From Candidatus Jordarchaeales archaeon (GTDB lineage: Archaea > Asgardarchaeota > Jordiarchaeia > Jordiarchaeales > Freyrarchaeaceae), in the NCBI GenBank assembly GCA_038858525.1, contig JAWCFL010000012.1, positions 1-32,000 on the forward strand: a stretch of 32,000 bases of DNA. The letters run 5' to 3'. Position 1 is the stretch's first letter. Every line of letters starts with the position of its first letter. Both the position numbers and the translations under genes were made by a program. Shown here in pieces: positions 1-10,967 of the stretch. The notes beneath the pieces are model-generated. The model saw only the letters and a list, made by a program, of their open reading frames with translations, was not told the origin of the DNA and ran no database searches.

Positions 1-125
1 CTAGCTTCCCTCTCGAGCTCCCTCTTGTGGTACTCAAGCCTCCTCGTGAAGACCTCAAGCTTGAATATCACGTCCTTAAGGTTCGGCCCCCCCTTAAGCC
101 AGCTCAGAAACTTCTTGAAAGACAT
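1..125 (-). CDS. 5' fragment (41 codons, runs off the window edge) of a probable ESCRT-III/Snf7-family (Vps2/24/46- or CdvB-like) protein
   Basis: Hand translation from the ATG at 125: MSFKKFLSWLKGGPNLKDVIFKLEVFTRRLEYHKRELEREA. Amphipathic basic N-terminal helix followed by a coiled-coil helix, resembling CHMP1/Vps46-type N-termini. GGTGG SD-like motif upstream. Not in the ORF track. Confidence 0.55.
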   Translation of the reverse strand, partial: MSFKKFLSWLKGGPNLKDVIFKLEVFTRRLEYHKRELEREA

Positions 126-177
126 AGTTACCAGCCACCATGAAAAATGATCGGAAACCGCAAGTTATAACGCTTTC

Positions 178-762
178 CTAGAAGGCATCCGGCGAAGCCA
201 CCCCACGGTCAAGCTCATAGTGAACAATCACTATGCATTGGCTTCCAAGATACCTCCTCGGACCAAGCGACACCCTAATCGCTCCAAGCCCACCCAGAAG
301 CTCCTCGCTCTCCCTCGGTAAACCCAAGTGGTCGCCGAGCACGAACGCCACGGCGGGCGGAGCCCTAACCCTCCACAGCGGAGCGCCGTCCTCATGCAGG
401 TAGAAGAGCGCCGCCTCCCCTGCCACCCTCCCAACAACCTCCCTGAAGCCCGCACCCTCAAGACTAAACCCATCAACCCTTTCCCCCCTGAAAACTCTTC
501 CAAGAATCCTCGCAACCCCAAGCTCCGACCCTGGGAGCAACCCGACCCTCCCACCATCCACCATTAACGCGACAGGATCACCTCCCCCCTCAAGTACAGC
601 CCAGAAAACAGTGTCCCTTCTAACGCCCCCAACTCCCCTCAAAGCTGCAACCAGACACCTGCACACAACGTCAAGCCTCCCAGACGACCCAGGAAGGTCC
701 TTCAAGCTGAAGTCGGGATAAGGCCGCGCAGTCCTCGCCTCGACCACGAAGACCCGCCTCAA
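178..762 (-). CDS. trmY: tRNA (pseudouridine-54-N1)-methyltransferase, SPOUT family
   Basis: Motifs DFSLKDLPGSSGRLDVVCRC, YLHEDG, FVLGDHLG and SLGPRRYLGSQCIVIVHYELD. Probable TTG start at 762 after a GGTGG SD, just past the upstream gene's stop (the ORF track extends to 813). Confidence 0.9.
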   Translation of the reverse strand: MRRVFVVEARTARPYPDFSLKDLPGSSGRLDVVCRCLVAALRGVGGVRRDTVFWAVLEGGGDPVALMVDGGRVGLLPGSELGVARILGRVFRGERVDGFSLEGAGFREVVGRVAGEAALFYLHEDGAPLWRVRAPPAVAFVLGDHLGLPRESEELLGGLGAIRVSLGPRRYLGSQCIVIVHYELDRGVASPDAF

Positions 763-763
763 C

Positions 764-1537
764 TCAGCCCACCACCAGCATGTAAACCCCAACGAGGCAG
801 AGGAAAACCCCAAAGATCCTCCTCAGCCACACTCCACTAACCCTCCCGGAAAGCGCCGAGCCGATCAGCCCCCCGAGTACTCCTCCAACACCCATAACCA
901 AAGCCGGAAACAAGTCGACTTGCCCGAGCGCCGCGTGCCCCACAACGCCTGCAAGCGAAGTAAAAATCATCGTCAGGCACGACGTCCCAACAGCCACGTG
1001 AACCGGAACCCCCAGCCCTACGAGCAGCGGAACTTGCACAACACCACCCCCAATCCCCAAGAATCCTGAAGTAAGCCCCGCTAAGAATCCCCCAGCGACG
1101 ACCAGCGGCAAGCTAACCTCGTACTCTAACCTAGACGCCCTCCTCTTCATCATGGGGCCCAGACGTAGCCCCACGTGCACCCTAACCCCCGAAGCCATCG
1201 CTAACCCGACAGCCACAAGCCCTAAAGAAAAAACCCACCCGACAATCCTCTCCCCCGCAACCCCCGTTAGCAGTGACCCCACAACCGACCCCGGAACCGT
1301 CACACCCCCAAGAGCCAAGCTCAACACGGCATCCACTCTCCTCTGCCATAAGTGGCCAACGGCAGACGACGAAGCAGTCATTAAAATAACCACCAGGCTG
1401 GAGCCAACACTCTCGGCCACGCCCAAACCCCCCACAAAGTGCAGCACGGGCACATTCAGGAAACCTCCACCAACACCCAGAAACCCCCCAATAATCCCTA
1501 CAACCAAACCCAAAACGCAAAGCACTAGCCAAACCAC
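764..1537 (-). CDS. TauE/SafE (TSUP, DUF81) sulfite-exporter family membrane protein
   Basis: Two homologous halves, each with a GFLGxGGG..VP motif, about 8 hydrophobic segments, and AVGTS/SVGSS motifs. Start uncertain (GTG at 1537 or 1546; ORF track 1642). Confidence 0.85.
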   Translation of the reverse strand: MVWLVLCVLGLVVGIIGGFLGVGGGFLNVPVLHFVGGLGVAESVGSSLVVILMTASSSAVGHLWQRRVDAVLSLALGGVTVPGSVVGSLLTGVAGERIVGWVFSLGLVAVGLAMASGVRVHVGLRLGPMMKRRASRLEYEVSLPLVVAGGFLAGLTSGFLGIGGGVVQVPLLVGLGVPVHVAVGTSCLTMIFTSLAGVVGHAALGQVDLFPALVMGVGGVLGGLIGSALSGRVSGVWLRRIFGVFLCLVGVYMLVVG

Positions 1538-1764
1538 AACAACCACCTTCCCACATGACGAACACGATCCCAAAAAAACATTTTGAAGCAAAAACTCAAC
1601 TAAACCATGAACCCCCCCGCTGACTGCGAATAAGCAAAGCACTGGGGAACACGAAAAACAAAGGCTGCACCACCCATCACAGGAGTATGCAACCCGCCAA
1701 GCATACCAAAAACATAAATAATGCTTCCTCCATCAGACAAACAGAACCCTCCGAAGGGAAAAAC

Positions 1765-2040
1765 ATGCCTAAGAAACGCAAAAGCAGAGGAAGAGCTAAA
1801 GGCTCGTCCGGAAGAAAGGAACTTATCACATGCGCCTTCTGCGGCAAACTAGTACCAAGAGACAAAGCCAAAAAAGTAACAAAATACGTAACCCCAGTAG
1901 ATCCAACGCTCGCACGCGAGCTCAGAAAACAAGGAGCATACATACCAAGACAAAAGGTAGTCCTCCACTACTGCATAAGCTGCGGAATCCACCGCTCACT
2001 CATAAAAATACGCTCCGAAGACCAGAGAAAAACAGACTAA
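1765..2040 (+). CDS. rps26e: 30S ribosomal protein S26e
   Basis: MPKKRKSRGRAKG...CAFCGKLVPRDKAKK...YCISCGIH with the two CxxC pairs of eS26. ATG at 1765. Confidence 0.95.
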   Translation: MPKKRKSRGRAKGSSGRKELITCAFCGKLVPRDKAKKVTKYVTPVDPTLARELRKQGAYIPRQKVVLHYCISCGIHRSLIKIRSEDQRKTD

Positions 2041-2489
2041 CAAAATCCCAAGCGAGAAAAGCATGCACCCCGCACACCAGAGCAAAACACGCAAAAACAC
2101 CACACAATCACCCAGCCAGCCCATAAACCATACTGAAACAACCACAAAACACCAACACTACATTATAACCCTCAGCAGGCAACACATTCACACTCATCCT
2201 CACACAGGATATCTCAACGAAACCCGGCATAAAAACCAACCTGCCAACACGCGAACCCCAATCCACAAATATCTTACCAACCGCAACTCCACTAATTCAA
2301 CTACACTATTCCAACCGTCAAACACCCCCATAAACCTCTAACCATACAAAAGCATCGCCAAAGCACCAGCCACTACACCAACCTACCGAACACCCACTAA
2401 CAAGTCAACAAGAAACACCCAACAGCAACAAAAAAGGAAGCAAAGCACGCAACAAAAAGGCAACAAAAAGAATAACACGCAAAAACCCT

Positions 2490-3450
2490 CATCACTGTAG
2501 ATTCATAGATCTTCATCCTTCCCCCTCTCTATTACTAGAGGTTCACCGAGTGTCTTCGTCATCAACAGTAAAGGACGGCGCATCGGGCGCTTCATAGTTA
2601 TGTTCCAAGCAGTGACTAGGTGCTTGTCTGCCTGGAGGCCACGCCTCTTAACACTTAAAGACGTACCCACTCAGCTTGCGTCTCCCCGACCTCGCCACAT
2701 ATCCGCCACGTCTTGGACGTATATTTAGCTTCAACGAGTCGGCTTGATGTCCCGCTCTACCGACTTGTATTAGATGTATGACCGTATTTTCTGAACGATG
2801 CTGTGGAGCCTCCTGTTCTTTATTCCGCCGCGCTTCATTCCCTCCTAATCTCCACGAGGTCCTATTACGGGCTTGGCGTTCTCCTCAGCGGCTATACTGG
2901 CTATAAACCCCGGAGGCCCCGTGAAGTATATTGTCCCCTCTCCTCCTAGAATACTTCGCCAACAGTAACCCTTACCTCCCCAATGCCTTGACCTGAATGC
3001 TCCTTTCTCTGAAGTAATTACTTGACGCATTCTTACTTCGCTCACATCTACCTTCATGAACCTCGCTTTACCTAGCTTGATCAACACTAGGCCCTACGCT
3101 CCTCTCGTTTACGTCGACGCCCCTCCCTCAGCATCTCTCTCCCCTCAACAGCCTTTTTCTAATTTAGGAGACGCGAAGCTAATCTCTACCGTCGCCCTCA
3201 CGAGCCCTTAACCCGCCAATCCATAAGCCTCCTTAAATGCTCGTGATCTTCAAACGGAAATGGTGATGTGACTTCTATGGATGCCCTCAGGGCACCAAGC
3301 GAACCAGAATAGGTGCGCACCGTCCAAGAAAATGGAATTGACGTTCTCGATGCGTGGAGAACTATCTTCCTGAATAGTCTCCTATAAGACTTGAACATCA
3401 CTAGGCTGCTTTAAAGCAACATAAACACAGCGTGAAATCCCACTTTAGCC
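2490..3450 (-). pseudogene. tnpB: Heavily decayed tnpB (IS200/IS605/IS607 OrfB) relic including right-end sequence
   Basis: Fragments align with the 6347-7536 copy: MFKSYRRL, KARFMKVDVSEV, RRLHSI, GLQADKHLVTAWNITMKR, and the end motif taatagag..ggggg..atctatgaat. Many stops and frameshifts. 5' boundary approximate. Confidence 0.8.
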
Positions 3451-3761
3451 CTCAGATTAAGACAACTTCGCAGCCCTTGGACTCAGCACATCTAATAAAC
3501 TCCACTTCTACCTCTCCAAATCACCTCTCCGCCCCTGGGTCATGATAAGAAGACTCTAACGTAAATCACAGCATTTTACCTACATCAACCCCCTCTCCAA
3601 GAATACGCTTACTCTCCCCTCAGTTCCCCCCAAGAGTACTAATTCTATTATATCAATTAATCCCTCTTATCCCAAACCTGAAGGCCCCCAACGCTAACAC
3701 GGAAGAACTACTAGCTTCCTTCATCGCGATAATGCTCTCCTACACTCATCAAGAATAGATA

Positions 3762-3824
3762 ACTATAAAAATCCTACTTTGAAGCTACTCTCTTACCCAA
3801 AGCACCACCGAAAAAAATATAACT
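3762..3824 (+). promoter_or_regulatory. Candidate rRNA promoter(s): TATAAAA near 3764 and BRE/TATA-like CGAAAAAAATATAAC near 3809-3823
   Basis: TATA-like boxes with purine-rich upstream sequence, ahead of the 16S leader. Motif match only. Confidence 0.35.
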
Positions 3825-3975
3825 AGCCGTCAACCATCCATCCTAATGGAAACCGCAGCCCCGGTCCAGCCCAGAAACACGCCGAAAAGGCAAAACATGA
3901 AGGAGCTGCGTCCGGCTGCGGGCAAAACCTGCAGGTCCGAGCAACCCGACCGCCAGGATACGCCTGGCGACGAGC

Positions 3976-4023
3976 GACTCGGACCCAAGGAAAGCTCAAA
4001 CCACGCAGAACAACCCAAACCCC
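3976..4023 (+). other. 5' arm of the 16S pre-rRNA processing stem with a bulge-helix-bulge motif
   Basis: GACTCGGACCCAAGGAAAGCTCAAACCA-CGCA-GAA-CAACCCAAACCC pairs with 5562-5607; 4-bp central helix CGCA/TGCG with 3-nt bulges GAA and GTT. Confidence 0.9.
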
Positions 4024-4060
4024 AAAACGCCTTGCGGCGTCGGGGAGCATCCCTCCCCTA

Positions 4061-5557
<1,497 letters not shown>

Positions 5558-5561
5558 CCGT

Positions 5562-5607
5562 GGGTTTGGGTTGTGCGGTTTGGTTTGGGCTTTCCTTGGG
5601 TTCGAGT
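5562..5607 (+). other. 3' arm of the 16S processing stem (BHB partner)
   Basis: GGGTTTGGGTTG-TGCG-GTT-TGGTTTGGGCTTTCCTTGGGTTCGAGT is complementary to 3976-4023, with G.U pairs. Confidence 0.9.
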
Positions 5608-5674
5608 TTTGTGCTTGTTTTTGTTTTTGTTGCTTGTTTCAGGTGGGCTAGTGTGCTTTTTTTGTTTTTGGGTT

Positions 5675-7520
5675 GGCAGCAGTTCTCAAAATAGATAGTT
5701 TATAGATGTTCATAGTAGCTTGTCATGGTGAGCATAGAGAAGCATTATACGATGAAGGAGGCCAGTAGGATCCTCGGTGTCAGCGTTAGGCGTCTTTAGA
5801 TTTGGGATAAGCAGGGCAAGATAAGGTGTATTAGGACTGTTGGTGGCCAGGAGGAGAGTGCCTGAAAGCGAGCTGAAAAGGCTTCTTGGAATAAAGGAAG
5901 CGGGGGTAGGCAAGAAAGCCGTAGTATATGTTCGTGTCTCCTCTTATGACCAAAAACAAAAAGGGGATTTAGGGGGACAGAAGCAAGCCTTGTTAGACTA
6001 CGCAAGATCAAAGGGCTAGAAGTCGTTGCAATTTTGGAGGACGTAGCAAGCGGTCTTAATGAAAACAGGAATCTTTGAGTAAACTCTTCGATATGGTTGA
6101 GAGGAAGGAAATTTGGGTTGTTGTCATGGGATTTAAGGATACTAACAAGGTTCGGCTTCAGGTATTTAGAGCGCTACTTCGCCTCCTACAATGTTAGAAT
6201 TGAAGTCCTCAATGGTGAAGAGCCGAAGGATATCCACCAAGAGCTTGTTGAGGATTTGATAGCCATGGTCTCGAGCTTTGCTGGGAAGATCCTCGGCTTA
6301 AGGAGCCATAAGTATGAGAAGATGGTTGAAGGTGTCAGACAGCTTATTGCTGACCGAGACGTGCAAGTTTAAGCTTGAGCCAAGTGAGGAACAAGCAAAA
6401 ATTCTGGAGCAGCTCTTCTCAGTTTACGCTGATATGTTTGAGGAGTGCTTGAATAAAGCCATTGAGGCGAACATAACGTCGCGAAGGAGGCTTCATGAGG
6501 TAATCTATAGAAGATTAAGGAGGAAGTATCCTGAATACCCTTCACATTACGTTTACACAGCCATAACTCAAGCTCTGGCAATGTTAAATCTTATAGGCGA
6601 TTGTCAAGAAGGAGGAAGAAAGCTAAACCACTCATTGTGAATGGTTCGATCACGGTTCTACTGGACGATGCTCACCTATTCTAGTTTAGTTGGGAAGTCT
6701 AAAGTTAGCTACGCATAAGTGGCACATCATAGTTCCGCTCAAAATCCACGAACATGCCGAGAAGTTTTATGGTTGGAGGGTTAAGGGCTCTAGGCTGGTG
6801 AAATCCAACGGTGAATACTATCTTCACTTTTCCTTCGGAAAAGAAATCAGGGAAGAGGAGCCTTTAGGCTTAATAGGCATAGATGTTAACGAGAAGAGCA
6901 TAGGCTTAGCAATAGTTAAGCCCGATAAGGTTAGATTCATTAAGGTGGACATAAGCGAAGTGAAATACGTAAGGGATAGATACTTCAGAAAGCGAAGGAG
7001 CATCCAAAGCTAAAACTTCGGGGGAGAGGAGGAAAAAGCTGTTATCGAAGTATTCTGGGAGGGAGAGGCGGAGGGTGAACGACGTACTTCATAGGGCGGC
7101 GAAGGTTGTAGCTGGTGTGGTTGCCGAGGAAAACGTTAAGCCGGTAATGGAGGAGCTCACCCATATCAGGGAGAGGATACGGTATGGTAGGGTGATGAAT
7201 AATAGGAGGCTCCACAGCATCCCATTCAGAAGAATCCAGTTCTACATTTCCTATAAGTCGATGGGGCGTGGTTTTAAGCCGGAAACCGTTAAGGCGGAGA
7301 ACACCTCTAGGACATCGATGTGTGGCGAAATTAGTAAGCCGAATGGGCACTTCAAATGCAGGCGGTGCGGCTTCCAGGCAGATAGACACTTGGTCGCCGC
7401 TTGGAACATAGCAATGAAACGTTCAATGTGGGGTGCTTTACCGTTGCCCCCGAAAGCCCTCTATGAGCCTCAGATAATAGAGGTGAGGGGGAGGATAAAA
7501 ATCTATGAATTCCACAACGG
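5675..7520 (+). mobile_element. Degenerate IS607-family insertion sequence (tnpA serine recombinase plus tnpB)
   Basis: Overlapping tnpA/tnpB pseudogenes. Phased ATAGAT-like repeats at the left end (5691, 5702, 5712) and an inverted copy at the right end (ATCTATGAA, 7501-7509). Candidate GG core dinucleotides at 5675-5676 and 7519-7520. Ends approximate. Confidence 0.85.
5725..6372 (+). pseudogene. tnpA: IS607 TnpA (MerR-type HTH plus serine recombinase), disrupted
   Basis: Pieces in different frames: [104 protein letters not shown]. Premature stops and several frameshifts. Confidence 0.9.
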
Positions 7521-7536
7521 TGTGTTTGGGTGTTAG
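6347..7536 (+). pseudogene. tnpB: TnpB RNA-guided nuclease, disrupted
   Basis: TCKFKLEPSEEQ N-terminus; RuvC-I GIDVNE; RuvC-II VMEEL; Zn-finger FKCRRCG; ADRHLVAAWNI. Split over at least three ORFs by frameshifts and stops. Confidence 0.9.
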
Positions 7537-7677
7537 CTTTTTGTTTGTGGGTTTGGTTAGGTTTGTTTATATGGGTTGATGTGTTTTGCGGGCTTAACAG
7601 CGGTCTTAAACGGAAGGTATATTTAAAGGAGTTTTCTTACTTTAAGAAACGGCGTTAGTGCTTTGGGGGACTAGGAG

Positions 7678-8178
7678 TTGCAGGAAAAGACTGTTGTGGT
7701 CAGAGAAGCGCGTCACGAGGACTTGTTTAGGGTTGTTGAGATAAACAGGATTTGCTTGCCTGAGAATTACCCGTACTACTTTTTCCAGCACTTGTTGGAG
7801 CGTTATCCGGGATGTTTCGTGGTCGCTGAGGTTGACGGTGAAATTGTAGGTTACATCATGAATAGGATCGAAAAGGGGATGTCTTCCTTTAATCCGTCTC
7901 CTTTCCGACTTGTAAAGAAAGGACATGTTGTTTCGATAGCCGTGATGCCTGAACATAGAAGGAAAGGTATAGGTAGGATGCTTTTAGAGTGGGGGATAAG
8001 GGCAATGAAGGAATACGGGGCGGAGGAAGTGATCTTAGAAGTCAGAGTATCCAACGACCCAGCTATAAACCTTTACAAGAAAATGGGTTTCGTCGTAGTG
8101 AAAATCATCAAGGGATATTACCATGACGGGGAGGACGCTTACCTCATGAGTAAGAAGCTTACCGAGAAAGCGGAGTGA
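7678..8178 (+). CDS. rimI: N-terminal/ribosomal-protein acetyltransferase (Ard1/RimI, GNAT)
   Basis: INRICLPENYP, GHVVSIAVMPEHRRKGIG, LEVRVSNDPAINLY and YYHDGEDAYLM, typical of archaeal Ard1. Confidence 0.92.
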   Translation: MQEKTVVVREARHEDLFRVVEINRICLPENYPYYFFQHLLERYPGCFVVAEVDGEIVGYIMNRIEKGMSSFNPSPFRLVKKGHVVSIAVMPEHRRKGIGRMLLEWGIRAMKEYGAEEVILEVRVSNDPAINLYKKMGFVVVKIIKGYYHDGEDAYLMSKKLTEKAE

Positions 8179-8354
8179 CCAAGTCGGTAACGGCTCCCGT
8201 TGATGCGTTACAATTCGTAGATGCTTTGTTTTTATTAGATTTCGAGTTGGGTTGTAGCAGCGGTGGTTGATACAAACATTTAGTTTTTTCTTTCCTTAAC
8301 TTCTTATTAGAAGGTTTATCGAGGAAAAGCGAAGGGGGGTCTATTATTCCGTTT

Positions 8355-9482
8355 TTGAGGAGAACTGCGAAGTGTAGTGTTTGCGGTAGGGAGAACATGT
8401 TGATCTCTGCCAACCTTGGGGTTTGCGGGTCTTGTTTGAGGGAGAGAGCTGAAGAGGCGCTTCCAATCGCTTTGAGAGTCCACGCCAGGAGGCGTAGCGA
8501 CTTTGGTCTGCCTCCGTTTCCACCGAAAAGCAAGAGCGGAGTTGCATGCCGGCTTTGCGTTAACGAATGCATGATTCCTGAGGGGGAACGAGGCTACTGC
8601 GGCTTAGTAGAGAACAGGGATGGGCGTCTGGTCAGGCTTAGAGGCACCTTCTCGAAGGGGTTGCTGGAATGGTACTATGATCCGCTTCCAACTAATTGCG
8701 TTGCCGCGTGGGTTTGCCCTGGATGCACGGGGGCCGGCTTTCCGAGATACGCCTATAAGCCTAACGCGGAGTACGGTTACTTCAACCTGGCCGTTTTTTA
8801 TGCTGCATGCTCTTACGATTGTCTCTTCTGCCAAAACTGGACTTTTCGTGAGCACGCCAGGAGCCTTAAGCCAGTGATGAGCGCATGGGAGCTGGCTGAC
8901 AAATGTAACGAGAGGGTTTCCTGCATATGCTACTTCGGAGGCGACCCAGCAGTTCAGATGGCCCACTCTATTAAGACGAGCGAGCTGGCTATAAGGAAGG
9001 CGGAGAAGTGGAAGGGGCTTATGAGAATTTGTTGGGAGACGAATGGCACCATGAGTTGGCCACTCCTAAAGAGAGCAGCATTGTTAGCTTACAGAACGGG
9101 GGGCTGTATAAAGTTTGACTTGAAAGCGTGGAGTGAAACGTTAAACATCGCTCTCTGCGGGGCGACCAATAGGCGCACACTGGACAACTTTTCAAGGCTA
9201 AAGGTCTTTATAAGAAAATCACCTGATCCACCCTTCCTTGTGGCGAGCACGCTCCTCGTTCCAGGATACATAGACGCCGAGGAGGTACGTAGCATAGCGG
9301 GCTTCATAGCAGACGTGGACCCGGAGATACCATACTCCCTGCTCGCGTTTCACCCTCACTACGTCATGGATGACCTTCCAACAACGGGTAGGAGGCTTGC
9401 TCTAGAGTGCGCCGCCGCAGCGAAGGAGGAAGGATTAGTAAACGTTAACATAGGAAACGTGCATCTGCTCGCAGATTACTAA
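8355..9482 (+). CDS. Radical SAM protein, PFL-activating-enzyme/AmmeMemoRadiSam-like, with a Cys-rich N-terminus
   Basis: CSYDCLFCQNW (CxxxCxxC), CRLCVNEC..GYCG, YFGGDP, WETNG and FDLKAW. Confidence 0.85.
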   Translation: MRRTAKCSVCGRENMLISANLGVCGSCLRERAEEALPIALRVHARRRSDFGLPPFPPKSKSGVACRLCVNECMIPEGERGYCGLVENRDGRLVRLRGTFSKGLLEWYYDPLPTNCVAAWVCPGCTGAGFPRYAYKPNAEYGYFNLAVFYAACSYDCLFCQNWTFREHARSLKPVMSAWELADKCNERVSCICYFGGDPAVQMAHSIKTSELAIRKAEKWKGLMRICWETNGTMSWPLLKRAALLAYRTGGCIKFDLKAWSETLNIALCGATNRRTLDNFSRLKVFIRKSPDPPFLVASTLLVPGYIDAEEVRSIAGFIADVDPEIPYSLLAFHPHYVMDDLPTTGRRLALECAAAAKEEGLVNVNIGNVHLLADY

Positions 9483-9503
9483 CAACAGGCGGGAGGTCGA
9501 CTC

Positions 9504-10967
9504 TTGAGGAGAAAAAAGTGGGTGGAAGCTTACAGCCACAGCTTAGAGGCCTTGGCTCGAGCTCGTGAGAAGCTCAAGTTCATAGTGGGGTTTAACGTTA
9601 ACATAGACGCCGTCAAGCATGTTACCCGAAGGGACGTCGAACGAATAATGAGACACGTATCGCTGAGCGAGGTTGTCAAGAAAGTTTTTAGTCCCCCAAT
9701 GAAGGTCGAGTCGTTAGAGGACTTCTTGGCTGGTTTACTTCTCTGCTTAAAAGAGGGGATAGGAGAAGAATGGATTATTACTAGTAGCGCTATTTCGAAG
9801 AAGCTTGAAGAAGTATTGGGGTGGGACGAAACACGCATGGGTGGCCAGGGAGGTAACATGAGTAACGTGCTGGCTAGTCTGGGACAAATAGCTATAACCA
9901 ATGTTCCCTCGCTCCCAAGCAATCAAGCAGAGCTCTTTTATGATGAAAACGTCCTTGTCCCCATCTTAACGGGTGAAGGGGTAACTTTTAGGCATCCGCG
10001 TGAAGCTGTAAGACTAAGCGATCCCCCCTTAATCCACTGGATTTCCGAGTTTAAAAAGGGATTCAGCGTGAACTTGGATGGATTAAGCTTTGAGGCGCCT
10101 CGGGATAACAGGTTTATAGCGACTTTTGACGATGTGAACGCGCGTCTTCAGCTTGCACCTGGATTCCGGGAGGGAAGCGTTTTGGAGGCGGAGGACGCTG
10201 TAGCTGCCGTGGTCTCAGGCTACCACCTACTCAGGGAAAAATATTCCGGCGGGGAGACATGCTGGGAAGTTTTAGAGGATGTGGTTAGCCTCATCAAGGA
10301 GTGGAGGTCTGTTAATCCGGAGCTGAGTATCCATGCAGAAATGGGTTTCACTGCTAGTTGCGTGGTCAGAAAAGCCATACTCAACTCGGTTTTTCCGAAC
10401 GTGAGCTCGGTTGGGGTTAACGAAACGGAGCTGCAGATATTTCACTCACCGGATCATGCCAAACCCCTGAGCTCATACTCGGCGCCGGAGTTATATCTTA
10501 AGGCGAAGAGCATCCTTGACAAGTACCGCTTGAAAAGAGTTTTCATCCATACAAGGGAGTACTCGATGAGCATTGTGAGGCAAAGCTACGGGGTTCACCC
10601 AGAGGAGGAATTTATGGCGCTTTTGTTTGGCGCGTCACTTGCAGCTACGCTAGCCGCTACAGGCATGCCGCCAACCATCAGCCGGGCTAAAGAAATGATG
10701 AACAAGGGCTTCGAAATAAGCGAGGATGGATTAAGAGAGCATAAAAAGCTGGCGTCTCTTCTAGACACAGAAGGCGAAGCGGACTACAAGTTATTCGTTG
10801 AGCACGGTTTTGTGTATGGAGACCCGGGAGTTGTATTTGTTCCATCAATCCTTGTAAGGGAGGTTAAGGCTACTGTTGGTCTTGGAGACACCATCTGTTC
10901 AGGAACGCTCGTCGGAGAGCACCTCCTTAAGAACGCGAGGAAGAAGGCTCAGGGATCTTCAGCTTAG
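9504..10967 (+). CDS. pfkC: ADP-dependent glucokinase/phosphofructokinase family
   Basis: GFNVNIDA, RMGGQGGNM, PRDNRFI, SSVGVNETE and TVGLGDTI. The IHWISEF motif (His) leans towards glucokinase. Confidence 0.88.
   Translation: MRRKKWVEAYSHSLEALARAREKLKFIVGFNVNIDAVKHVTRRDVERIMRHVSLSEVVKKVFSPPMKVESLEDFLAGLLLCLKEGIGEEWIITSSAISKKLEEVLGWDETRMGGQGGNMSNVLASLGQIAITNVPSLPSNQAELFYDENVLVPILTGEGVTFRHPREAVRLSDPPLIHWISEFKKGFSVNLDGLSFEAPRDNRFIATFDDVNARLQLAPGFREGSVLEAEDAVAAVVSGYHLLREKYSGGETCWEVLEDVVSLIKEWRSVNPELSIHAEMGFTASCVVRKAILNSVFPNVSSVGVNETELQIFHSPDHAKPLSSYSAPELYLKAKSILDKYRLKRVFIHTREYSMSIVRQSYGVHPEEEFMALLFGASLAATLAATGMPPTISRAKEMMNKGFEISEDGLREHKKLASLLDTEGEADYKLFVEHGFVYGDPGVVFVPSILVREVKATVGLGDTICSGTLVGEHLLKNARKKAQGSSA

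Noticed and set aside
231-2341. Overlapping Pro/Thr/Lys/His-rich ORFs (e.g. 328-567, 1152-1586, 1830-2126, 2063-2341)
   Set aside because: Shadow ORFs produced by the extreme C/A bias (few T, so few stops) opposite or overlapping recognisable genes.
3838-3860. TCCTAATGGAAAC as a possible ORB/mini-ORB
   Set aside because: Only a partial match to TCCAGTGGAAAC, single copy, no G-string, and it lies in the rRNA leader.
10959-10967. 9-nt convergent overlap of the ADP-kinase and PAC2 genes
   Set aside because: Short tail-to-tail overlaps are common in compact archaeal genomes.
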